Source: a virus
DNA length: 64,000 bases
Virus record (IMG/VR): IMGVR_UViG_3300027754_000075
Location: 8,748 to 72,747 of that record
Direction: 5' to 3' (one strand)
Each line of letters begins with the position of its first letter. Within the stretch, counting starts at the first letter, position 1. Under the pieces are notes generated by a model, which was not told the DNA's origin, did no database searches, and was given only the letters and a program-made list of their open reading frames with translations. The position numbers and the translations under genes are program-made. This document shows positions 1 to 9,431 of the stretch, in pieces.

Positions 1-357
1 AGAGAGCATCTCATCCAACTCATCATATTTAATCACATAAAGTTTTCCAATAACTTCTTCCCAGGTATATTGCCTTGATTTTCTCCAGTGAAAGTTCATT
101 CCTCTAAACCCCCACCTTTCCAGTGAAGTACAGGCAATCAGTGGATGTTGATCGTATTGTATTTTTGGAGTTTTAGCTCTATAAACAAACGTATAAAACT
201 TTCCTGGTTCTGGATATAATACTTCTTCTTTTAAAACATCCATAATCTCAATCATCAGGTCTTCTGGATCACTACTACCAGACTTCTTGATTTTTTTTCT
301 CAATTCTGCCATTCTGGGAGGAATTTTCCCCACATATTGACCAAATCCTTCTGCCAT
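1..357 (-). CDS. gp2: DNA end protector-like protein (3' end runs off the window)
   Basis: Not in the ORF track. The ATG at 357-355 overlaps the gp4 stop (TAATG). Translation MAEGFGQ...PEPGKFYTFVYRAKTPKIQYDQHPLI...GFRGMNFHW resembles the gp2 family, and the gene sits next to gp4. Confidence 0.65.
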   Translation of the reverse strand, partial: MAEGFGQYVGKIPPRMAELRKKIKKSGSSDPEDLMIEIMDVLKEEVLYPEPGKFYTFVYRAKTPKIQYDQHPLIACTSLERWGFRGMNFHWRKSRQYTWEEVIGKLYVIKYDELDEMLS

Positions 358-809
358 TACTTCAACCCAAGTTCAGTTTCGGTTATTACCTTAAACTCCA
401 ATCTACGATCTTTACACCATTCATCTGCGGCATTCCATTTTGATTGATTGACTGCGTATGTCTGAACCTCATAAAGATATGATTTAGTCACTCTTGATTT
501 TTGTTTAGGTGGTACTGTTTGTCTTTTTGGTTTCACTTCTATCACATAAGTCTTAATCTCTTCGTTACTTTCTTTAACTTTGATGATAAAATCCGGAAAG
601 TATCTATGAACACGATTATCTACCGGAGAAACATAAGGAATCCAAAACTCTTCTGAACCATACTCCATAATATTTTCATTTCTATCACACCACTGCATAA
701 ATTTGAGTTCCCAAGAACTTCTGTATATGATATTATTCACGTCTCCTTTATATTTCTGCGGATTTTGAGGGTGAAATCTACCCTGATGGTATTTTCCGTC
801 TCTTGGCAT
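357..809 (-). CDS. gp4: head completion nuclease
   Basis: NPQKYKGD...IIYRSSWE...EEFWIPY...HRYFPDF...IEVKP motifs (TnsA-like PD-(D/E)XK, T4 gp4). Confidence 0.92.
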   Translation of the reverse strand: MPRDGKYHQGRFHPQNPQKYKGDVNNIIYRSSWELKFMQWCDRNENIMEYGSEEFWIPYVSPVDNRVHRYFPDFIIKVKESNEEIKTYVIEVKPKRQTVPPKQKSRVTKSYLYEVQTYAVNQSKWNAADEWCKDRRLEFKVITETELGLK

Positions 810-838
810 TTCCTAACTACATAATATATAAGTACAAG

Positions 839-846
839 TATTTATA
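839..846 (-). promoter_or_regulatory. T4-type late promoter TATAAATA for gp4-gp2
   Basis: Exact TATAAATA on the minus strand, 30 nt upstream of the gp4 start. Confidence 0.75.
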
Positions 847-847
847 G

Positions 848-1693
848 ATGCCTGCAAAAGTTAGTGTAGATAAAATTAAGGCAAATCTACTTCAACCAGC
901 ACTTACATCACATTTTATTGTTGATATACCTTTTCCAAAGTATGGTACAAGTGAAGGTGGGTTTGGACAATATTTAATTTCTAATGGTGTGAAGTATGAT
1001 GGAGAAAAGTTGAGATTGTTGTGCTCAGAAGCAACTTTGCCCGGTTCATCACTCGCAACTCACGAAAATAATAGTGATTTTACTGGAGTGACCGAAAAAT
1101 TTGCCTATCGTAGATTATATGATGATAGAATTGATTTTACTTTTTATGTTGATGCCGAGAATTATCTTCCAATTAGATTTTTTGAATCCTGGATTAAATA
1201 TATTATTGGAGAAAGTATTGCATCAGGTGCTGGTAGAATTTCATCAAAAAAACCAGAGTACTTTTATCGGGCCCGGTATCCAGAGTATTATATTGCTGAA
1301 CAAGGACTCACAATTACTAAATTTGAAAGAACTTCAAAAAATAAAAAGAGTGCTGATCACGAGGGCAATACTTTAATTTATAATTTTGTGAATTCATATC
1401 CAATATCAATCACATCAATGCCGGTTTCTTATGATGCATCTTCATTACTAAAATGTACCGTATCCTTTAGTTATATTCGATATTATGTCGGGGCTAAAGA
1501 TTACCCATCTACACCAGAGTCTTCATCAAGATCTCCAAATGGAGCAGCAGATAGTCCATTTACAGGAGCACAATTAGATAATATAGAGGCACTTGATATT
1601 GAATATACTCAAGCACTAGCATCAGGAAATAATGATAGAATTGAGGCAGCAGATATTGCAGTAACTCAATTCCAACAATCAATACGAAGATAA
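848..1693 (+). CDS. baseplate tail-tube initiator (gp54/gp19-fold)
   Basis: LCSEATLPG...KFAYRRLYDD.IDFTFYVD...FFESW...YPISI...LLKCTVSFSY tube-fold motifs; lies divergent from gp4. Confidence 0.65.
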   Translation: MPAKVSVDKIKANLLQPALTSHFIVDIPFPKYGTSEGGFGQYLISNGVKYDGEKLRLLCSEATLPGSSLATHENNSDFTGVTEKFAYRRLYDDRIDFTFYVDAENYLPIRFFESWIKYIIGESIASGAGRISSKKPEYFYRARYPEYYIAEQGLTITKFERTSKNKKSADHEGNTLIYNFVNSYPISITSMPVSYDASSLLKCTVSFSYIRYYVGAKDYPSTPESSSRSPNGAADSPFTGAQLDNIEALDIEYTQALASGNNDRIEAADIAVTQFQQSIRR

Positions 1694-1743
1694 CCTCCAA
1701 TATTCTAATCTAAATAATCATAACTGAAATTCTATAGGTCATT

Positions 1744-2463
1744 ATGCCTTTACCAAAACCCACGACACCGATTTACGAACTTGAGTTGCCTTCTACTGGT
1801 GAATCAATTAAATACAGACCCTTTCTTGTTAAAGAAGAAAAGGTGCTGTTGATTGCACTAGAGAGTGAAGATACTAAACAGATTACTACTGCAATCAAAA
1901 CTGTAATTAAGAGTTGTATTATTACTAAAAATATTAAAGTGGAATCACTTCCAACTTTTGATATTGAATATTTGTTCTTAAATATTCGTGGTAAATCTGT
2001 GGGAGAAGAGATTGAAGTAAATATCATCTGCCCAGATGATGAAGAAACAAATACTCTCGTAAAGATTGATTTGGATTCAATCAAGGTTCAAAAGAACGAA
2101 GATCATACCAATCAAATTAAGATTGATTCTACAATTATGATGGAAATGAAGTATCCATCTTTGGAGCAATTTATTAAGACTAACTTTGATTTTAAAAATG
2201 ATAATACGATGGATCAATCTTTTGATTTGATTAGTTCTTGTATTGATAAAATTTATACAGAAGAAGAAGTGTGGATTGCTGCTGATGTTACAAAAAAAGA
2301 ACTAATTGACTTTTTGGAGCAATTAAATTCTTCACAGTTTAAGCAAATTGAAAAGTTCTTTGAGACTATGCCCAGACTTTCTCATAAAATCAAAGTTACA
2401 AATCCAAAGACCGAAGTTGAAAGTGAAGTTATTTTAGAAGGGTTAGCAAGTTTTTTCGCATAG
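1744..2463 (+). CDS. gp26: baseplate hub assembly protein
   Basis: MPLP...YELELPSTG..IKYRPFLVKEEK...FDIEYLFLNIRGKSVGE...FFETMP...LEGLASFF. Confidence 0.9.
   Translation: MPLPKPTTPIYELELPSTGESIKYRPFLVKEEKVLLIALESEDTKQITTAIKTVIKSCIITKNIKVESLPTFDIEYLFLNIRGKSVGEEIEVNIICPDDEETNTLVKIDLDSIKVQKNEDHTNQIKIDSTIMMEMKYPSLEQFIKTNFDFKNDNTMDQSFDLISSCIDKIYTEEEVWIAADVTKKELIDFLEQLNSSQFKQIEKFFETMPRLSHKIKVTNPKTEVESEVILEGLASFFA
2451..2457 (+). promoter_or_regulatory. candidate -1 ribosomal frameshift site T TTT TTC
   Basis: Correctly phased X XXY YYZ heptamer one codon before the gp26 stop; the -1 frame is open into gp51. Confidence 0.6.
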
Positions 2464-2474
2464 CCCTGGTCCAC

Positions 2475-2639
2475 ATGGACCTTGAGAATTATTTTCGTCT
2501 TAACTTTGCCCTAATGCAATATCATAAATATTCACTTACAGAAATTGAAAATATGATACCTTGGGAAAGGGATATTTACGTTGAATTATTAAAACAACAT
2601 TTAGAAGAAGAAAAACTCAAACAACAACAAAATGGATAA
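2475..2639 (+). CDS. gp51: baseplate hub assembly catalyst (54 aa)
   Basis: Not in the ORF track. MDLENYFRLNFALMQYHKYSLTEIENMIPWERDIYVELL is the gp51-type motif. Confidence 0.85.
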   Translation: MDLENYFRLNFALMQYHKYSLTEIENMIPWERDIYVELLKQHLEEEKLKQQQNG

Positions 2640-5013
2640 TCAATCATCAACAGGAGGATCTATAGTTGCCGTCAAAAAGAACGGTGAAGATCTTGTTGAT
2701 GAACAAATTGACGAAAGAATTTTAAGACTTCTAGGACTTGAATATATTTTTGATATTGATTATGATACATATACGTCTCTTCTAAAGGAGAAGATGGTTG
2801 CTGCCAGAATGGCAAAGACTCAAATTCCTACAGAAGAGGCAGAACTTCTTACGAATGAATATAAAAAGATTAGAGGAAAGAAAGGTAGGTTTAAGGTTAA
2901 AAAGATTACATCAGATAGTTTTAAAAAAGGAAGTGCAGTTGGAATTAATTTAGGAAAACAAAAGGCACTTATAGGAAAACCACAATTAGCACTTCCTCCT
3001 GCTGATAAGATGACGGGAGGAAATGATATAAAAGAAATTATTGATGCTCTTGCTGAAATAATTAAAAGTCTTACGAGTCAAAATAAACTTGCAAAGGATT
3101 CTGCAGAAAAATCTAGAATTGCTGGAGAAGCAGGACAGAGAGGTGAAAAAGAATCAAAATTAGAGAAGGGATTTAAGTTTGCAATCAAGGCAGCAGAAAA
3201 GATTATTGCTCCCATTAAATCTTTGCTTGATAGAATTATTGATTTCTTTGTTGCTATTTTTGTCGGAAGAGCACTGATTAAACTCTTAGATTGGTTTAGT
3301 GATTCTAAAAATCAAGACAAAATCAAAGCAATTGGTAGATTTTTAGGAGACCAGTGGCCTAAACTTCTTGCTCTTTATATAATGTTCGGAACTGGTTTAG
3401 GAAAGTTTGTTGGATTTTTAACCAAGATTGTTATTCGTGGAGGTATTAAACTTGCAGCTGCTGCAGCAGGATTATTAGCAAAGGCAGGTGTCGGAAAGGC
3501 AGCAGGAGCAGCAAAGTTTCTTGGTGGAAAATATGGAAAACTTTTAGGAGCAGGATTAGAACTTACTGCAACTGTCGGCACCACAATGGCCGTAAGTAAA
3601 GGTATTGAAAATTTTGGTGGAATTGGTGGAGAAGAACAAAAGACTCAAGGATATTCTGGTGGTGGATTTGTAATTCCAAAGTTTGCCGGTGGTGGGTTAA
3701 ACTTTAAAGGTATGATGGGTGGTGCCGGAATGGGTTCTATGTTTGGACCTCTTGGTATGTTACTGGGTGCTGGTCTTGGGTCTGGAAAAATTCAAGAAAC
3801 TGTGAGTGGTCTGATTGGGGGACAAAAAGGTGTAGATAAAGTTCCGGCAATGCTCACGGATGGTGAGTTTGTAATGTCTCGTGGTGCCGTGCAGAAGTAT
3901 GGTGTGGATACTCTGGAGTCAATGAATGCTGCTGGTGGAGGAACTAATCAACCAAAGATTGTTTCTGGAACCACTTATGCTGCTGGTGGTGGGATGATTG
4001 GTGGTAAACCTATGAATAAATCATCAAGTTCTCCTATTGAACCAAAGATTCCTACATTATCTCCAATTAATTTATCATCTTCCAGTTCTTCTAATGTAAA
4101 TGTAGGTTCAGGAAATAATGCAATTGATATATCTGCAAATTTAATTAAAAAAGAGGAGGCACTTTCTTCGTTATCTCCAGGAAAAAATGACTATATTGTT
4201 CCTGGAGGAAAAAGTGTAGTTAGTGGAACTGACTGGTCTAATATTGGTCCAAAGACTAAAATTTATGCATATCCAGATAGTAAAGGAATTCCAACAATAG
4301 GTTGGGGAGCAACTTTTTATGATGGGATTACAAGTGGGACAAAATCTGTTAAATTAGGAGATTCAATTACAAAAGAAAATGCAGATAAGACACTTGCAAA
4401 TAATATTGGAATTTTGGCAAAAAAATATTCTAAAGAAATTGCAAATTGGTCAAAAATGTCTCCTCAACAACAATCTGCAATTCTATCAATTGGATATAAT
4501 GCAGGACCAAATGCACCATTAGGAGCATATCCAAAATTATCTGCGGCAATTAAATCTGGAAATATGGTTGAGGTTGCAAATAATATTACTCGTGATGGCC
4601 CAAGTGCAGAAAGAATTGCAAACGAAAAAAAACTTTTACTATCTGGACCCAAAGATCTGACAAAACAAACCACAGCACCATCAAAAATAACGACTCCAAT
4701 TGCAAAAAATCAACCAAATATGTTTCAAAAATTTGGTTCAGCAATCTCATCAATAATGTCTCCCTCAGCATTAGCTGAGCAACCTTCAGCATCTTCTAAA
4801 TTAAATCCTGCTCAGATACAAACTCAAAATAATGTTCCAAAAATAAACCCACCATCAAAATCAAAAGTAAAGGTTGTTTATGCAACATCACCTGGTGGTA
4901 TACCAAAATTAAATACTTCTTCTGGTGCATCTCCATCAGTCCCTTCTTTTAGTGCAGTACATCCAAATTCTGAAAGCAGAAGAAGAAATGCTGCCGTTCT
5001 TGGAGTTAAGTAA
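2632..5013 (+). CDS. tape-measure-like virion protein with GH24-type lysozyme domain
   Basis: Helical N-terminus and Gly/Ala hydrophobic middle; DKVPAMLTDGEFV motif; EEAL...AYPDSKGIPTIGWG...SAILSIGYNAG lysozyme motif. Confidence 0.7.
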   Translation: MDNQSSTGGSIVAVKKNGEDLVDEQIDERILRLLGLEYIFDIDYDTYTSLLKEKMVAARMAKTQIPTEEAELLTNEYKKIRGKKGRFKVKKITSDSFKKGSAVGINLGKQKALIGKPQLALPPADKMTGGNDIKEIIDALAEIIKSLTSQNKLAKDSAEKSRIAGEAGQRGEKESKLEKGFKFAIKAAEKIIAPIKSLLDRIIDFFVAIFVGRALIKLLDWFSDSKNQDKIKAIGRFLGDQWPKLLALYIMFGTGLGKFVGFLTKIVIRGGIKLAAAAAGLLAKAGVGKAAGAAKFLGGKYGKLLGAGLELTATVGTTMAVSKGIENFGGIGGEEQKTQGYSGGGFVIPKFAGGGLNFKGMMGGAGMGSMFGPLGMLLGAGLGSGKIQETVSGLIGGQKGVDKVPAMLTDGEFVMSRGAVQKYGVDTLESMNAAGGGTNQPKIVSGTTYAAGGGMIGGKPMNKSSSSPIEPKIPTLSPINLSSSSSSNVNVGSGNNAIDISANLIKKEEALSSLSPGKNDYIVPGGKSVVSGTDWSNIGPKTKIYAYPDSKGIPTIGWGATFYDGITSGTKSVKLGDSITKENADKTLANNIGILAKKYSKEIANWSKMSPQQQSAILSIGYNAGPNAPLGAYPKLSAAIKSGNMVEVANNITRDGPSAERIANEKKLLLSGPKDLTKQTTAPSKITTPIAKNQPNMFQKFGSAISSIMSPSALAEQPSASSKLNPAQIQTQNNVPKINPPSKSKVKVVYATSPGGIPKLNTSSGASPSVPSFSAVHPNSESRRRNAAVLGVK

Positions 5014-5016
5014 GAT

Positions 5017-8016
5017 ATGGAAACTCCAAAGTTATCTCCTGCAAAAATAAATCCAACAAAACTTTTACCAGGAATATCTATATCTACAAAAAAAATATCT
5101 ACAGAAAGTCTTCAGGAAGAAAGTGTTAGTGTACTTAAAAGTGATTTGTTTATTATCAAAAAGCAAGTCTTTAAGGTTCGTGATTTAATTCAGACTTCTA
5201 CACTTATAAAGCAGTCAGAACTTGAAAAGAAAAGAAAATCAACAGAAAAAAAAGAAGCAGAAAAACAAGAAAATAAGTTAGAGGCAAAACCAGAAGAAAA
5301 AAAAGACAAACTAAAAATGCCTTCTATGCCAAAACTTGGGTTTTTGGATAGAATTAAGAACTTTCTTTTTTCAGTTCTTCTTGGATATATCTCAATTAAA
5401 CTTTTACCACATCTTCCAAAACTTGTAGGTATTGTAAGTATTATTGGAAATGTGATGGAGTTTATGATAGATTTGGGTGGAAATATATTAGATAAAGTAG
5501 TCACATTTATTGATTGGGGATATAAGGCAATAGATGCGACTCGTGGATTTATGAAAAGTTTTGGTGGAGACTTTTCATTAAAAATCTTTGATACTTTTAC
5601 TGGTGCCGTGAGTGGTGTGATTGATGCTGCGATTATTGCAGCACTTGCCCTCTCTACTCAAGGTATGGGGGGTGGAGGTGGTCCTGATGGTGGAAAGGGT
5701 GGAGGTCCTCTAAAAAGTGGAAAACAACTCTGGAAAGAATATGATCAAAAAAGAGCATTCATAAGAAAAAAACACGGAGATGCTGCTGCAAGAATATATG
5801 ATAATGAAATATCAAATGGTAAAACTCCAAAACAAGCATTTGAAAATCTCAAGAAAAGATACATTTCGAAAGGAAAAATAGTATCACAAAGGCAATTGGG
5901 TCTTGGGGAAATTAAAGGAAGTAAACTTTTTGGTAAAGGAATTGATAAAGTACCTGGTAGATTGGCAACAAGAATCCTTGGGAGAAGTGGTAAGAAAGCA
6001 GTTCTTGGATTTGCAAAACCTTTTCTAAAACGACTTCCTATTATTGGAGCACTAATTGATTTTGGTTTATCTGTTGCTCTTGGAGAAGACCCAGGTAGAG
6101 CAGCATTTAAAGCAATCGGTGCAGGTCTTCTTGGATTTGTTGGTGCTGCTATTGGTACAGTAGTCCCTGTTGCAGGAAATCTTGTAGGTGGTATAATTGG
6201 TGGAATTGCTGGTGATGCACTTGGTGGAGCACTTTATGATATGTTCTTTGGTGGTAAAAAACCAAAAGCACAAAAATCTCAAACAGTAAAAGCAGCAGGT
6301 GGTGGCCCTGCTCCAGTAACCAGAGGTAATAAAATCGTTGGAGGAGCAGTTAAGAGAACCATATCAAGGAAACCTGTTAAAAGAGGAGTAAAGGTTCAGG
6401 TTACAAAAGTTAAACCTGGTAGTTCTATTGGTGGAAAGAAAAAGATTGAAAAGATATTTCCAGAGGTGCCAACAAAGGATAAGGGTAAAAATGTAAACCC
6501 TCTTGGTTATATGCAATCTTCTTATAATATTGCAACAAAAACTCCTTCCTTTGGAGCACTTTTTGCACTTCCACTCAAGGCACAACTTGGAGAAAAACCA
6601 AGTTCTGTGGATTATATGAAGGCAGCAGAAGAATTGTCCGGATGGATGCAGAATACTTTTAGAGGCACTGCCGGATATGCTGGTGGTGGAAAAGTAGAGG
6701 CAGGAATGTTTGGTGGTGAGGATACAACAAATGTAATCGCAAAATCTTTAGAAGAAAATATTTCATCAAAGGTTGATGCTGCAATTAAAGAGTTGCAAAA
6801 GCAATTGATGTTAAAAGAAGGAGAAAAGGAAACTGGTCAAAAGAAAACTGGTCCTGATGAAGGTGCTATGGGAACCGGGGAATATTCTCCAGAAGGTCTT
6901 CAGGGTGAAATATACCAATATCTTCTTTCAAAAGGACTGGACGATACCCATGCTCTGGGTCTGATGGCAAATATATCCAGAGAAAGTGGATTTAGACCTG
7001 GAGTTGAAGAAGAAGGTGGTGGAGGTGGAGTTGGATTATTTCAATATACTAATGAACCAAGAAAAGGTAATTTTTTAAAAGCAGTTCCAAACTATAAAAC
7101 AAATTGGAAGGGTCAAATTGATTATGCTCTCAAAGAACCAGGAGAACCAGGTCCACAGTGGATTGCTATGAAGTTTTCTTCACCACAAGAAGCAGCAGAT
7201 TGGTTTATGAGAAAATGGGAGAGACCTGCAGAATATATTCAAAACACAGAAGGACCCAAAATACACGCAGAGTATATTAAAAGTCTTGAAAAATATAAAA
7301 GTAAAACTGGAAACGGATATAATTTACCATCTGCAGATATTGGAAGTAAAGGTAATGCTGTTCAATATGTTACTGGAGATGTAAATTATAAAGGAGATGG
7401 GCAACAATTTTATTATGATCTTGCTGGTCATGGATTGCCTGGAAATTATCATGATCATATTGCTTTTGCTACGATTGCAGATAAAGAAATAGCAAAGAAA
7501 AAACTAAGAGCAGCAAATATCGAAACTGGAAGTGAATATAGAGCAGGAGATCCTGGATATCACGGTAAAAATTTGGCAGTTGATGTTCCGGGGGGTCAAT
7601 GGGGTGGGTCTGGTGCAATTGGACAAAAAGAATTTGCTGGATCTAGAAAGGTAAGACAAGTTTTAGGAATAGGAGCATACTTAAAAGGTGGGAGAGTTAC
7701 AAAAACCACTCTTGCAACTCTTGCCGAAGACGGAAGACCAGAATTTGTTTTTGATGCTGACACCACAAAGGGATTGGATTTCCTTGCACCAAATCTCTTG
7801 GAATATTTGAATGCTGCAAAAACTAAGACTCAATTAATGAGCATTCTTCAATCTTATGCGGGATATGAAGATGGTGCAGAGCAGACGGTGATTGTAATGA
7901 ATAATCCTCAAATGATTCCAATACCAATTCCAACAGGAAATTCTGGTTCAATTGGTGGTATGAGTCGTTCATCCAGTATAGATACAACATATGATACTCA
8001 ATATGCAAATGCATAA
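5017..8016 (+). CDS. second tape-measure-like protein with tail-lysozyme and possible peptidase domains
   Basis: LPIIGALIDFG-type tape-measure segments; GLMANISRESGF...GVGLFQY...WERP tail lysozyme; HDHIAF and GYHGKNLAVDV (M15-like); LAEDGRPEFV. Confidence 0.65.
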   Translation: METPKLSPAKINPTKLLPGISISTKKISTESLQEESVSVLKSDLFIIKKQVFKVRDLIQTSTLIKQSELEKKRKSTEKKEAEKQENKLEAKPEEKKDKLKMPSMPKLGFLDRIKNFLFSVLLGYISIKLLPHLPKLVGIVSIIGNVMEFMIDLGGNILDKVVTFIDWGYKAIDATRGFMKSFGGDFSLKIFDTFTGAVSGVIDAAIIAALALSTQGMGGGGGPDGGKGGGPLKSGKQLWKEYDQKRAFIRKKHGDAAARIYDNEISNGKTPKQAFENLKKRYISKGKIVSQRQLGLGEIKGSKLFGKGIDKVPGRLATRILGRSGKKAVLGFAKPFLKRLPIIGALIDFGLSVALGEDPGRAAFKAIGAGLLGFVGAAIGTVVPVAGNLVGGIIGGIAGDALGGALYDMFFGGKKPKAQKSQTVKAAGGGPAPVTRGNKIVGGAVKRTISRKPVKRGVKVQVTKVKPGSSIGGKKKIEKIFPEVPTKDKGKNVNPLGYMQSSYNIATKTPSFGALFALPLKAQLGEKPSSVDYMKAAEELSGWMQNTFRGTAGYAGGGKVEAGMFGGEDTTNVIAKSLEENISSKVDAAIKELQKQLMLKEGEKETGQKKTGPDEGAMGTGEYSPEGLQGEIYQYLLSKGLDDTHALGLMANISRESGFRPGVEEEGGGGGVGLFQYTNEPRKGNFLKAVPNYKTNWKGQIDYALKEPGEPGPQWIAMKFSSPQEAADWFMRKWERPAEYIQNTEGPKIHAEYIKSLEKYKSKTGNGYNLPSADIGSKGNAVQYVTGDVNYKGDGQQFYYDLAGHGLPGNYHDHIAFATIADKEIAKKKLRAANIETGSEYRAGDPGYHGKNLAVDVPGGQWGGSGAIGQKEFAGSRKVRQVLGIGAYLKGGRVTKTTLATLAEDGRPEFVFDADTTKGLDFLAPNLLEYLNAAKTKTQLMSILQSYAGYEDGAEQTVIVMNNPQMIPIPIPTGNSGSIGGMSRSSSIDTTYDTQYANA

Positions 8017-8030
8017 CAGACATTAATCAA

Positions 8031-9380
8031 ATGGCATCAGAAAAAACTGTATTAAGACAAGTCAGAGAAGTCAACATTGCTCAATGTATCATTGAGTCAA
8101 ATACTGGTGGTGATCAAAAAGATATTGTAGATTTAATTACGGACATTTATTATTATGAAAGCATTCTTGAACCGTCAATTCGCACAAATATCATTTATGT
8201 AGATACCGGAAAAACAATTCAAAAAGGTCAAACTACACAAACATTAATTGAAGGACTTCCACTTCAGGGAACAGAATCTGTTAAAATTAAAATCACCGAT
8301 GGTAATGATGTCAAACTTGAGTTTGAGCAGTTTGTAACTCAAATTGTTCCGGTTGGACAAGACACAACAAAATCTGTGGTAACTCTTGATTTGGTTTCGG
8401 AAGAGGGAATTATTAATTATAAAACAAAGATAAATCAAAGATTTGATGGTAAAATTTCAGAACACGTCAAAAAAATTTTAACAGATAAACAATATCTGGG
8501 AACAGAAAAGAAATTGGATATTGAGGCAACAGAAAATACTTATAATTTTATTGGAAATCAAAAAAGACCTTTTTACTCTATTTTATGGTTAGCAAAAAAA
8601 TCAATTCCATCTCTTCAAGGAGCAAAACAAAATACTGCAGGATATTTTTTCTATGAAACTTCAGAGGGATTTAAATTTAAATCTATTGATTCTTTATTAA
8701 GTCAAGAAAAAAAGAAATCTTTCATTTACAATCAAACTCCAGATAGTGTTGGTGAAAATCTTCCCTCTGGATATTCTGCAAAAATTTTAGAACATAGTGT
8801 TGATGATGTAAGTGGTGATATTCAATCAAAATTATCAATGGGAACTTACTCAACAAGGACAATTCTTTTTGACCCTTTTAATTGTTATTATGAGGTAATC
8901 ACCAAAGATGCTGAGGAAACAGAACAAAATCTTAAACTTGCAGGAAAAAATCTTCCAAAACTCAATCCAAGATTTATTCGTGAAGGTCAAAAACAAGAAT
9001 ACTCAAGAACTCAATATATGTTAGTTGATAAAGGAACTTTACCTACAGGAGATACGAAACAACAAATTACAAAATCTACAGAACCAAATTTTGATCCAAA
9101 AAATATTTTAAATCAGTCTGTAATGAGATATAATCAAATGTTCAATACCAAGACAAACATTACAATTACTGCAGATTTTAGTTTACACGCAGGAGATATA
9201 ATTTTTATAGATTCTCCAGAACTTTCAAATAAGAATACTCAAGAACTTAATAAACAATTTGGTGGTAATTATTTGATTGCCGACCTCTGTCACTATATTA
9301 ATATACTAAAGGGTGGATATACAAAATTAACCTTGGTTCGTGATTCACTTGGTAAAACTGGATCTTTCACAAATGATTGA
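8031..9380 (+). CDS. baseplate hub protein (gp27-like)
   Basis: IYYYESIL, AGYFFYETSEGFKFKSIDSL, LHAGD, GGNYLIADLCH, TKLTLVRDS; lies immediately before gp5. Confidence 0.65.
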   Translation: MASEKTVLRQVREVNIAQCIIESNTGGDQKDIVDLITDIYYYESILEPSIRTNIIYVDTGKTIQKGQTTQTLIEGLPLQGTESVKIKITDGNDVKLEFEQFVTQIVPVGQDTTKSVVTLDLVSEEGIINYKTKINQRFDGKISEHVKKILTDKQYLGTEKKLDIEATENTYNFIGNQKRPFYSILWLAKKSIPSLQGAKQNTAGYFFYETSEGFKFKSIDSLLSQEKKKSFIYNQTPDSVGENLPSGYSAKILEHSVDDVSGDIQSKLSMGTYSTRTILFDPFNCYYEVITKDAEETEQNLKLAGKNLPKLNPRFIREGQKQEYSRTQYMLVDKGTLPTGDTKQQITKSTEPNFDPKNILNQSVMRYNQMFNTKTNITITADFSLHAGDIIFIDSPELSNKNTQELNKQFGGNYLIADLCHYINILKGGYTKLTLVRDSLGKTGSFTND

Positions 9381-9431
9381 TCTTAACCTGTTAAATAGTC
9401 ATAATCAAAAAATTATATCTATGAGCATCAA

